A program made the position numbers and the translations under genes. 33,655 nucleotides of DNA from Octopus bimaculoides (taxonomy: Eukaryota), in the NCBI RefSeq assembly GCF_001194135.2, contig NC_068987.1, forward strand, positions 9,540,136-9,573,790, written 5' to 3'. Below are positions 22,617 to 33,458 of this stretch, piece after piece. Within the stretch, counting starts at the first letter, position 1. Each line of letters starts with the position of its first letter. Below the pieces are notes generated by a model that saw only the letters and a program-made list of their open reading frames with translations, was not told where the DNA came from and searched no databases.

Positions 22617-22900
22617 TGTGTGTGTGTGTGTGTGTGTGTATGTATAATGATGTGTGTGTGTGTGTATGTATAATGATGTGTGTGTATGTATAATGATGTG
22701 TGTGTGTGTATGTATAATGATGTGTGTGTGTGTGTGTATAATGTGTGTGTGTGTGTGTGTGTATAATGTGTGTGTGTGTGTATGTATAATGATGTGTGTG
22801 TGTGTGTATGTATAATGATGTGTGTGTGTGTGTATGTATAATGATGTGTGTGTGTGTATGTATAATGTGTGTGTGTGTGTGTATATGTATAATGATGTGT
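22617..22900. repeat. Compound minisatellite, (GT)n-ATGTATAATGAT units (about 10)
   Basis: Directly visible; unit length varies with GT copy number. Confidence 0.92.
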
Positions 22901-23481
22901 GTGTGTATGTGTATGTATGTGTATATGTCTGTCTGGATGTATATGTGTGTGTATGTTTCTATACATATGTATGATTGTGTGTGTGTGTGTGTGTGTGTGT
23001 CCATAAATTCATATATGGATGGCTGAATATCCATTGCATTTTCCAAATAATAAACTTTTGGTGCAGTATTTCATATGAATATACACCGAAAATACAGAAG
23101 GTCTACAGTTTATACATACACATATCCATATGTATATATGTGTGTGTGTATATATAAAACATATATTCAAGTGTCCTTTCAGTGGATTTAAATGAAAAAT
23201 ATTTGGGAATGTTTTATAGATGCCCGCCATTGTTGTTTATACATGTTATTCTAATGATAGAAATGAAAGACTATGAAATACATTGGTGTAAGCCAGACAC
23301 TTGATATTTTTTATAAAATTGAAATTGGTTTCCAAATGCTGGGGACAAGTAGACACTGGATATTCTGCATTTTGCACCCTCTTGTGGTTTTTTTCTCCTG
23401 CTTTTTTATCATGACACATTTTATTTATCTCATGCCCCATGAAGGGTTAGGACCCACATTTTAAAAAACGTTTGTCTAAAG

Positions 23482-23724
23482 CAGTGGAGTGACCCCGATA
23501 GGACATTTGGGGATCCATATAAGATTTTGTTAAAATTTATGTGCAATAAACTGGTTATATTTTTACAGTACACAAAATATTTTGACAATTTTTTAATACA
23601 ATTCCCTAATAACATTTAACCATGAAAATATAAGACTTTTTAAACACTGAATTGCCATGAGGTCCATCTGAGTAAAATAGGAACCAAAGAGGTTCATAGG
23701 TCAGAAAGGGTTGAGAAACATCTG
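23482..23724. mobile_element. hAT (Charlie-like) MITE
   Basis: 8-bp TSD GTCTAAAG (23474-23481, 23725-23732), close to the NTCTAGAN Charlie target. Right end ggttgagaaacatctg; left TIR eroded. Confidence 0.85.
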
Positions 23725-24408
23725 GTCTAAAGTAAAAAGGTGTTTCTTACAGTAGGCTCAGTTTTGAGTTATTATTTTCCTGGGTTAACGTTATCCCAAA
23801 GGTACTATAATATAAATATGTGTTACATTATGGAGAAAAAAAAAATGAGAAATAGTTGGGGAAGATGTGGTTGAACTGGTAGGCTAGTGGCAAGTTTTTG
23901 GTTATGTTTTGTTTGTTTGTTTGAGGTCTGTTACATCAGGCAAAGCAGAGGCTGTTCCTTTTTAGAATATTCAGACATTTTATTATAAGTTATTTTGTCA
24001 CGTGTTATTTCTACATCATTCCCCCCCCCTTCCCCCCACACCCGACTATTGCTAATGACTCGATTGAGAAACGAGGGTGGTGCCTGATGTCAGCCAGGCA
24101 GCCTGAGGCAAAGCAGTCATTGTACTCTCTTGTGTCGGGAAGCAAACACAAACGAGTTGTGTAGTCAGGTTTGAATTCTTTATCATGTGGCCGAATGTGC
24201 TATCCCTATTTACCTTCTGTACCCTCTTTGAGCTGATCTCCCCCCCCCCATCTGCCAGCATTATTATAGGGTATGAAATGTTTTTATCCAGCTGTTTCAG
24301 TGCCATTGTTGATGATTTGATGCTGACTTACTTGACATCAGACATCTTAACGGTTCTCTTATTTTAATGTTTCTCTCGTTCTCTCTGCCTCTCCCTCTCT
24401 ACGTTTAA

Positions 24409-24833
24409 CCCTTTAGCATTCTGCTCACTCTATCAGATGGAATGCTTACACATTCATATTGTTTTGAACTGATCATGTATTATCTTGTAGCTCAAAAGTT
24501 TCCAGTAATGTAATTTGTTCAATTTTAGACTGACAGTGTAGGATAAGTGTGAAAGGCCAGATTTGGCCAGTTTGCACATAAAAAACAGGTAAAATAGTTT
24601 GGCTGGGTATGGCCGGTTAAACCCTTTAGCCTTCAGATTACCCTGTCAAATGTAATGCTTATTTATTCACGCTGTTTGGAAATAATCATGCATTATCTCA
24701 TAGCTTTGAGATTTCAATGATTTGATTGTATATCTTTAGAATGACATTGTTGGATAAGTACGAGGGGCCAGATCTGGCTGGTTTGAATATAGAACCAGTA
24801 AAATGTGTTTAGGCCGGATTGGTTGGTTTAGGG
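24409..24833. mobile_element. piggyBac-type MITE tandem dimer (units start at 24409 and 24622)
   Basis: TTAA|CCCTTTAGC at 24405; second ccctttagcc follows ggccggttaa; ends aggg|TTAA at 24834. Confidence 0.8.
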
Positions 24834-24863
24834 TTAATAGCGTATTTCTCTTTGTGTATCAAT

Positions 24864-25390
24864 ATGTCCACTGATTTGTTGTTTACTGCAGGGAAAGGTG
24901 TTTTGATTGTCTGTAAATTCCCAGTCTGCTTTTCACTTCATTATTGTCCAATGTTTTAAATCTGGGTTTTGTCCCCGTTAAGAGGGGTGGCTGGATCTAC
25001 CTCAGTGCCATAGCAACTGAGGTATGCAGGTGCAGCCCACCCCAACCTTTGGGCTGGCTGGTACCCATCCTCCTTTGCTATCATGAGGCTTGTTTGGAGC
25101 TGGATTTTCTACAGGGAGCATACCCTTGCTTACCCCCAACCTCAGTTTCTAGACATGAGTGGTCCTGAGACCAAGGGCTCTACCATGATTTTGAAGAAGT
25201 GTGGTGGAAAACTTGCTGAAGAAGGCAGGGATGCTATTCCCTGAGACTCCTTTCAGAGCCACTTGTGCAATAATAGTATGTCCCCTGCTGTTCGATGGTG
25301 GGAAATAAGGGTTGGCAGATAAGAAGTTTCTAATGGCAAGGTATAGAATGATTTTTGGGTTACCTTTTGCTAGAGGGGCAATCAGTTTAT
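24864..25390. repeat. Unclassified repeat, copy 2, split by a ~320-bp insert (24939-25259)
   Basis: Alignment to 20150-20372 breaks at CACTT (24934-24938) and resumes after CACTT (25260-25264). Confidence 0.75.
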
Positions 25391-25604
25391 CAGGAGAGGG
25401 GGGAAAATGGCTGTGCCAATTGTGTTTAATAATTTGTCTCTCTCTTTCCCTCTCCCTCCCTCTCTGTCTCTCTCCTCTCTTTCTCTCTCCCTCCTTCCCT
25501 CCTTGTCCCCTCCCCTCTTTCTGTTTATGTATGTAAGCATATTTCTCTTTACATGTATGAAGAGAAGTAACTCATTTATGTTATTCATGCTCAATATAGT
25601 GTAA

Positions 25605-25606
25605 TC

Positions 25607-25641
<35 letters not shown>

Positions 25642-25675
25642 TTCACTCTTTCTATCTCTATGTGTATATTTCTGC

Positions 25676-25758
<83 letters not shown>
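25605..25758. repeat. (CT)n followed by a long (TG)n microsatellite (about 40 units)
   Basis: Directly visible. Confidence 0.97.
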
Positions 25759-25765
<7 letters not shown>

Positions 25766-26055
25766 CCAGTGCTAAAAAGCACATGTTGCCAAAACAGTCT
25801 GAAAGTCCAAATTTCAGAATCCAAACAGCTGCATCAAACCATCTCATTCCAGTCATTATCATCATCCAAAATAAGCACCATTATTGTTATCACTAATAAT
25901 AATAATAATAACAATAATAATCGTATCATGACTGGTTCCATTCATTCATCATTAAAAATCTTGTTTTGCATGTGATTTTTTTTTACTTTCCTTTCTTTTA
26001 CAAAAAAGCTACTAACCATTTTTTTTGTCGCTTTGTCTGTCATTATAACCATTAA

Positions 26056-26394
26056 CCCTTTAGCATTCATATTATTCCGTCAAATTTGATCTGTATTTAT
26101 TCACATTGTTTTGAATTAATCATGCATTTTCTTGTATCATCAAGATTTCAATAATGTAATTGTTTATTTTAGAATGACATTGTAGGGTAGGTGTGAGAGG
26201 CCAGATCAAATTTAATCCTTATTTATTCACCTTGATTTGAATTAATTGTGCATTACCTTGTATCTTTGAGATTTCAGTCAGTGATGTAATTGTTTATTTT
26301 TAGAATGACATTTTAAGTTAGGTGTGAGAGGCATGATCTGGCCAGTTTGAACATAAAACCAGCAGAATATTTAGGCCAGTTATGGTCAGTTTAA
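26056..26394. mobile_element. piggyBac-type MITE with internal duplication
   Basis: TTAA|CCCTTTAGCA at 26052; the core is repeated at about 26080-26207 and 26208-26394. Confidence 0.78.
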
Positions 26395-26648
26395 ATTTCA
26401 GGCTTTGGTACAAAGGTACTATAGTAGAAACCCATACCATCAAAGTGACACTGGGGTACAAGTATACGAAGCCCAGTATACCCATCATGACTACCCGTCT
26501 GATAAGGGTACACCAGGCACATGCATCACAACCATATGTGCGTGACATGGTGATCTCATGTCAAGATAAACAACACATGACTTTGCATGTGGGGCCCAGG
26601 TGGAATTTTCTTCAGTTCGAGTGGACCATTCCACTCAAAAGGCCACTA
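26395..26648. repeat. Unclassified interspersed repeat ending in (ATT)n
   Basis: Single copy here. Recalled as a common Octopus repeat (cccagtatacccatcatgactacccgtctgataagggtacaccaggc); not verifiable within the window. Confidence 0.45.
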
Positions 26649-26692
<44 letters not shown>

Positions 26693-26709
26693 TAGGCAAC
26701 TCCTATGAA

Positions 26710-27356
26710 GATGACTTTTACCTTTCATCTTTTTGGGGTCAATAGGTACCACTTGAGTACCAGGGTCAGTGTAATTAACTAGCCTCGTCCCCCAAGTTTT
26801 CGGGCCTTTTGTCTATAATAGAAAGAATTAGAGGTGGCAAGCAATGTTTCATTGCATTTCTTCTGGCTTTGCATTCCGAGTTCAAATTCCACTGGGATTG
26901 TCTTCCCTTTTATTTTCTCCGGATCAACGAAATAAGTACCAGTTGATCACTAGGGTTGATGCAATTGGTTAGGCTTTCCCCTAAAAATTGCCCTTTCATC
27001 CTTTTGGTGTCAATGGAGTAAGTCCCTGTTAAGCACTATGGTCAATGTAATCGACTAGGCCCCTCATCCACTCCCAAAATTTCAGGCCACCCTAGAGTAG
27101 ATAGGATCATTATCATTATTATTGTTATTATTATCCATAGACATCAAGCTGGCAGAATCGTTAGCATGACGGGCGAAATGCTTCGTGGTATTTCATCCGT
27201 CTTTATGTTCTGAGATCAAATTCCACCGAAGTCGACTTCGCCTTTCATCCTTTCAGAGCCGATGAATTAAGTACCAGTCAAGTACCGGGGTCGATGTGAT
27301 TGACTGTCCCCCTCTCCATAATATCCAGGCCCTGTGCCTATAGTAAAAAGGATTAT
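26710..27356 (+). mobile_element. Tandem cluster of four SINE family B pieces, tail type 2
   Basis: Core cctttcatc..tt.ggg.tc.at.aa..agtacc recurs near 26720, 26905, 26990 and 27240. Confidence 0.82.
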
Positions 27357-27582
27357 TATTATTTATCGTTATCATCATCATCATCATCATCATCATCATC
27401 TGAACATTTTCCTGCCTTGATCCTAATGTCATCAATATATATCCAAGCTTTATAATTCGCCTATTGTCTTGTTTGCTCTGTACTCTGTACTTCACTGAAA
27501 TGGCTATATGTAAAAAACATATTTTGCTGTTTTCTTTTTATCATTGTTATTGTTATAATTGTTTTGCTCTGTATGAAATTGC

Positions 27583-27632
<50 letters not shown>

Positions 27633-27949
27633 CACATATACATATATGTATATTCATATAGGTACAATGTTGACTTTCTGGACACTTATGGTTCGGAACC
27701 TCTTGTAATCCATACTAGTTTCCAAGCAGGAACTTCAAATTCCTGCAGCCACCGGACTAGTTTAGTGCGGTGCTCTGCAACCTTTTTTCACTTGCAATAC
27801 ACTTATATTCTTTTCAAAATTCGACAGCGCACCCGAACTAAAAATATAATTAAAGGTATAGGCGAAAAAAAATTGTTCAGATTACACTGTGGCACACCTA
27901 GGAGCATTGGTTTAGTGGTACCTTGCACATTACAGTATTAATAAACTTG

Positions 27950-28140
27950 TTTAGCATGCTGGGCGAAATGCTTATTGGTATTTCGTCCATCTTTACGTTC
28001 TTAGCTCAAATTCCGCTGAGGTTGACTTTGCCCTTCAGGGTCGACAAATTAAGTACCAGTTACGTACTGAGGTCAATTTAATCGACTGCCCCCCCCCTCC
28101 CCCAAAATTTTGGGCCTTGTGCTTAGAATAGAAAAGAGTA
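27950..28140 (+). mobile_element. SINE family B, tail type 2
   Basis: ttagcatgctgggcgaaatgctta...ggccttgtgcttagaatagaaa. Confidence 0.85.
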
Positions 28141-28268
28141 TTAATAAACTTGTATCATTTATACTGATATACAGATACCTATATTTCATTTAATTATTCA
28201 ATTAAATTTAATATTCGTTTAATTTAACATGTGTTGACCGAGGTGACCTTTACTGGCGTGGAAAAATA

Positions 28269-28378
28269 NNNNNNNNNNNNNNNNNNNNNNNNNNNNNNNN
28301 NNNNNNNNNNNNNNNNNNNNNNNNNNNNNNNNNNNNNNNNNNNNNNNNNNNNNNNNNNNNNNNNNNNNNNNNNNNNNN
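28269..28378. other. Assembly gap (110 N)
   Basis: N run. Confidence 1.
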
Positions 28379-28504
28379 ATATATATATATATATATATAT
28401 ATAAACAGCCTTTGCTGCTGCAAAACTATTGTATCCTACATTTATTCATCAGTATCTTTTGTTCTCTTTTCCTTCCCTTTCATTCATTTTGGAATGGTCA
28501 CCAG

Positions 28505-28579
28505 ATGCCAGGAGGGATGAGCCTTGTTACTGGACAAGTTCAACCGCAGATGTCTATGGATCAAGGCCAAACTAACATG
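28505..28579 (+). CDS. MED25: Probable MED25 exon: MPGGMSLVTGQVQPQMSMDQGQTNM
   Basis: Pyrimidine tract 28455-28490, accag acceptor, donor ATG|GTAGGT, exactly 75 nt phase 0/0, Q/M/G-rich. Confidence 0.8.
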
Positions 28580-28951
28580 GTAGGTTCAGTTTCTGAATTA
28601 ATCTCATGTTACTTTTTAAACTTTTATTTTAGTTTGTTTGTATTTAATTTTTTCATATTTCATAATCATAAAAAGACAAAAAAAAAAAAGAGAAAAAAAA
28701 AAAACGAAAACAAAGGAACAGTTTCTCCTCTTTGTTAGATAGCAAGGTAGAGTGAATATGTCTGAAAATTCTGAAATTTATACGGATGTTCATGAAGTAA
28801 TTTATTCCAAGTATTCTTACCTCATCATCATTTAACATCCTTTTTCCAATCTTGCATGGATAGGACAGGAGTTTCTGAGGTATATTTTCTATGGTCAAAT
28901 GATATTTAACCAAGGGCTCTAGTGCTTGTACCAAATCCACTACTTTGACCA

Positions 28952-29168
28952 TTTAGCATTCGTATTATTCTGTCAAATGGGATTCTTATTTATCCACATT
29001 GTTTTGAATTAATCATGCATTATCTCATAGCTTCGAGATGTCGATTATGTGATTATTTAATTTATGAATGACATTGTAGCATAGATGTGACCACATAGAT
29101 GTGGTCAGTTTGAACATAATACTGAGAATATTTGGACTGGATATGGCCAGTTTAAATGCTAAACAGTT
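28952..29168. mobile_element. piggyBac-type MITE, left terminus eroded
   Basis: tttagcattc..ctgtcaaat...aaatgctaaacag|TTAA, with the same core as 3343. Confidence 0.78.
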
Positions 29169-29407
29169 AAAGTATGTAATTACAGTAATTCTTTAATAAT
29201 GAGAGGGTGTGTGATAGTGTTTGAGAGACACAGATAAGAAAAAACTGAGCAAAGTAGTTGGTATGGGTCCTGGAGAGTGAACACAAAAAATGGATTTCAA
29301 GAAGAGAGAAGATGAATGAATTGAAAGTGAGTGAGTAGAAGTTGTTTGAGACTATCCAGCTTTGAAGAGGAGAGGCCACTGCTGACCTCATGCTAAAATT
29401 CGAAACA

Positions 29408-29818
29408 GGCGTAGGAGTGGCTGTGTGGTAAGTAGCTTGCTTACGAACCACATGGTTCCAGGTTCATTCCCACTGCATGGCACCTTGGGCAGGTGTCTTT
29501 CTACTGTCGCCTCGGGCCGACCAAAGCCTTGTGAGTGGATTTGGTAGACGGAAACTGAAAGAAGCACGTCGTATATATGTGTATGTGTGTGTGTGTGTAT
29601 ATATGTATGTGTGTGTATATGTTTGTGTGTTTATCCCCCAACATCGCTTGACAACTGATGCTGGTGTGTTTACGTCCCCCGTAATGTAGCGGTTTGGCAA
29701 ACGAGAGTGATAGAATAAGTGCTAGGCTTACAAAGAATAAGTCCTGGGGTCGACTTGCTCGACTAAAGGCAGTGCTCCAGCATGGCCACAGTCAAATGAC
29801 TGAAACAAGTAAAAGAGT
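29408..29818 (+). mobile_element. tRNA-derived SINE family C, full length
   Basis: Closely matches 12606-13020. Confidence 0.92.
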
Positions 29819-30980
29819 TAATCTTGTATTAATTATGTTACACTAGGTTAGAAGAATTTAATAATATCCAAACTTGGAGAACTTTGCTTTGTCCAAACAA
29901 TTCCAGCCAATACCATTCATTCATTTTCTTTTTTCTTCGGTGTTGTCTTGTTTCCTCTTAAAACAGTATTTATTCTACATCTGCCTACATACCTCATTTC
30001 CCGATCTCTCTCTGTACCCTTTAAATATTTTCTTTTTCTTGCCTGCTTTTCCTTTACCTCACCATTCCTCTCTACCTGTGTGGCTAATTACATCTGGTGC
30101 TTTCTTTACCAAATATTCTCTCTTCGTGTCACATAGTGCAAAGACTTGCCTATTTATTTGTACTACGTTTACTGTTTCTCTTTCTGCTTTCCTTGCATGT
30201 TTTTCTCACTAAGATCACAAGCTCTTTCTCTGAAAAGAAACCAATGATATAAAAAATGTTCTTAATTACTATACAATTTAATTACCATACAGTATTACAC
30301 CTCTATTATTTGACTTCTATTTTTTTTTACAACAGATTTCTATTATTGCATTTTCTGAGTTAAGATCCAGGTATATTTCAGCTGAACTGAGAGATGTAAA
30401 GAAAAAGAGCAGTTAAAACTCTGTTTTACAAAAGAATATACAATTCAGTTGTATACAAAAGACCGTGATACATGCCATTTTTGTTCAGTCTGAGGAAGTC
30501 CCAATTTAGCAGATTTATGGTCAATAGTGTTCTGGTTGAGACCATCTTGTCTTTGCCTGGAGTAGATTTATGGTCAAAAGTGTTTCAACTGTTTTTGTAT
30601 AGTTACGACTGTATTATCAAGTGTATATTTTCTTTTCTATGACAGTTACGTATGAGTTGGAAAGCAGTGTGGCTGCTGTTTCTTGTGCGTCAATTAACCA
30701 CCTAAAGACTCCTTTAGAAATGCATCAACTAAATAGGATTGGAGCATATGTCAGACTGAAGTATAACTAAAAATACTGAATTTTGAGCCATCAGATGCCA
30801 GTTCACCTGGAAAGAAACAATGCAGTTATTAAAAAGAAGAATTTGGAATTAATGCATGCATGATTTCACAGCTCTAGCATCACTCCTTCATAGTCAGCCT
30901 CTGAACTTTTCAGCCTCCTCCACCCCCACCCCCCACTCCTTGCAAATCAGCCCCACTACTTTTTTTTTTTTAAGTGTGTT

Positions 30981-31085
30981 ATTTATTTTATTGGTGTCTT
31001 TTGCTGAACCACTAATGTTACAGGGACATAAACAAACCAACACCTGTTGTCAAGGGATGGTGAGGTGGGGTGGCAACAAACACAA
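30981..31085 (-). mobile_element. SINE family C fragment, inverted
   Basis: Reverse complement reads cttgacaacaggtgttggtttgtttatgtccctgtaac..ggttcagcaaaaga, matching 29645-29710. Confidence 0.7.
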
Positions 31086-31279
31086 AGATAACTTATAGGG
31101 ATTACTTTTGCAGAACCCCCCCACACACAGTTTTTGTATTTTCTTTGCTAAGTCTTGCTATTTTTCTATTTTTTCCCCCTGTTTTTTAACCATTACATTC
31201 ATATCAGCAATCATAGTCACACCTATAGTAATGCACTCTTTCGATACTACTACTGCTACTACTACTACTACTTACATTC

Positions 31280-31678
31280 TAAGTTCAAATTCCACCAAGG
31301 TTGACTTTTCCTTTTATCCTTTTGAGGTCGATTAAATAAGTACCAGTCAAATACTAGAATTGATGTAATCAATTGCCTCTATTCTCCCAAATTACAGACA
31401 TTGTCCCTATTGTAGAATGGGTTATTATTATTATTATTATTATTATATTGTATATAATGGCAGCGAGCTGGCAGAATCGTTAGCAACGCATGGCAAAATG
31501 CGTAGCAGTATTTCTTCTGTCTTTACGTTCTGAGTTCAAATTTTGCTGAGGTTGACTTTGCCTTACATCACTTCGGGGTCAATAAATTAAGTACCAGTTA
31601 CGTACTCAGGTCGATCTGATCAACTGCCCCCCCCCCCCCAATTTCAGGCCTTGTGCTTATAATAAAAAGGATTATTAT
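31280..31678 (+). mobile_element. Two SINE family B copies (31280-31420 partial; 31458-31678 full), tail type 2
   Basis: Head ggcagcgagctggcagaatcgttagc, conserved core, (ATT)n tails. Confidence 0.88.
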
Positions 31679-31949
31679 TTTACTTGAGAAGCATAGGTAG
31701 GATGAGCCTGCAAATTTAGATGTTTGTTTGATGTTGTTGAAATAGTTTATGGCTGGATATTCCCCTCAATGTTAATTTTTCAACCATCAGTAGTGATTGT
31801 GGGCTCCCCACCCATCTGTTTTCTCTAACTTTTTTTTCTTTTTAGCTGTATCGACTGTGGAATTAGATCAATTAACCTCTGTATAAGGATGTGAAATGAT
31901 GCCTGTAGAATTTTTTTTTTTTTTTTGTAACCAAGTACCTCTTTGCCAG

Positions 31950-33060
31950 TGGTCTAAAACTTCTGATTCTTAACTGTTACCCTCGCTCAATCGCTATACC
32001 TCCACCATTCAAAAGCTGTCTCTTCAACAAATCTGTCACGCTGACCGCCCAGCTTGCTTTTGTCTAACCCATTCAAAGGGCCTTGTCCTGTGCTACACTT
32101 CTATCACATCTTTCACTCAACTTGCACTTGTCTGAAGCTTAACCTTATGCCTACTACTAACCTACAGTAAGCAACATTCTATTTTCTATCCTTGATTCAC
32201 TGCCCACCTTGCATGCAAACCAAATAAACACTGCACTCACTATCAACATACCATGAGCCCTCGCTTGCACATCTCTATTATCCTACTGTTACAGTTAACC
32301 ACTCACCTCACCTAACTTCTTCCACTGTGGCGGCACATGGGTTAGTGGTTAGGGAGTCAGACTCGTGATTGTAAGATTGTGGTTTCAATTTCTGGACCAG
32401 GTGACACATTGTGCCCTTGAGCAAAACACTTCATTTCACATTGCTCCAGTTCACTCAGCTGGCAAAAATGACTTGCACCTGTGATGGACCATCCAGGTGG
32501 GGAATATTATATATATGCTATGCGACCTGGGAAACTGACCCCTATGAATTGGCATGACTTGAGAAGGTTACCTTTTACCTTCTACCACTCCACCATACCT
32601 CTCCCAATAGACCACCACTCCTCTACTGTTCAACTGATGCAGTTTTATCAGCCATCAGTTAAAACTCTTGCTGTCACACAATTTGGTCCTCAAATACTGT
32701 TGTTCGACACCACCCAGATTCTGCTACACAGCGCCACACAACCAATTGTACTTCAAGCACTCAACCACCGCACCCCTATCATTCACTTAACACACTATGT
32801 GCACTAAATCACCTTCCTTTACTGGTTGACCTCCATATATTTACCTCTTAAATTCCTACATCTGTAACCACACAGCTGTTACATCTTGCATGTCTCCCAG
32901 TAACCTCATTCTTATACAGATATAAACATGTATAAGCACCAAGCTTGTTATTTCTGAAGCATTGCATTTTACCATTTAGTCGTCTTTCTTCCCAGAGACT
33001 CTCCACATTCACCTTATCGGCCAGTGCCCTTCTATACACTTTGCACGAATCGCAATTCTA
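31950..33060 (+). mobile_element. Second, more decayed Penelope-like remnant interrupted by a SINE
   Basis: Weak frameshifted motifs in order: LKLN..ILD, YHEPSLAHLY (cf. YxKPTDxHxY), CSTDA (cf. ICSxDxDF), CMSPSNLI..TC..VISE (GIY-YIG-like). C/T-rich composition like 6680-8130. Confidence 0.45.
32329..32580 (+). mobile_element. tRNA-derived CORE-like SINE
   Basis: A-box tgggttagtggttag, B-box ggtttcaatttc, then gtgcccttgagcaaaacacttcatttcacattgctccagttcactcagctg. Confidence 0.75.
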
Positions 33061-33224
33061 CACCACCACCACCAATACCACCACAGAAACAACCACCACC
33101 ACTGCTGTATCAACATCACACCTCCTACCCTCTTTCTCTCAAACAATTCACCTGTCTTGAATTACAAAAAAAAATGTAAAAATTAAAAGCTTTTGCCCTT
33201 GTTGTCCATCTTGTGTGTTTGCAG

Positions 33225-33327
33225 GCCAAACTTCAGCAAGCCGTGAAAGCCAAGGAGATGCAAGCCATGGGGAATGAACCTCCTGCAAAACGTCAACAAG
33301 TGATGGATGTTCGACAACCCTTGCTTG
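33225..33327 (+). CDS. MED25: Probable MED25 exon: AKLQQAVKAKEMQAMGNEPPAKRQQVMDVRQPLL(G)
   Basis: Acceptor gtgtttgcag, open phase-0 frame, donor G|GTTTGT at 33328 (a weaker alternative is CAA|GTGATG at 33300). Not in the ORF track. Confidence 0.75.
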
Positions 33328-33358
33328 GTTTGTGTTGTTCACTACTCATCAGTCACTG

Positions 33359-33359
<1 letters not shown>

Positions 33360-33401
<42 letters not shown>

Positions 33402-33422
33402 GTGTGCATGTATATATGTGTA

Positions 33423-33458
<36 letters not shown>

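Noticed and set aside
27662-27941. Non-repetitive part of ORF 27564..27941
   Set aside because: No MED25-like composition or phase-compatible splice pair; it looks like a DNA-transposon fragment.
8788-28505. Near-10-kb spacing of three exons (9962 and 9755 nt)
   Set aside because: Only two intervals, both include estimated gaps, and the flanking introns are not homologous.
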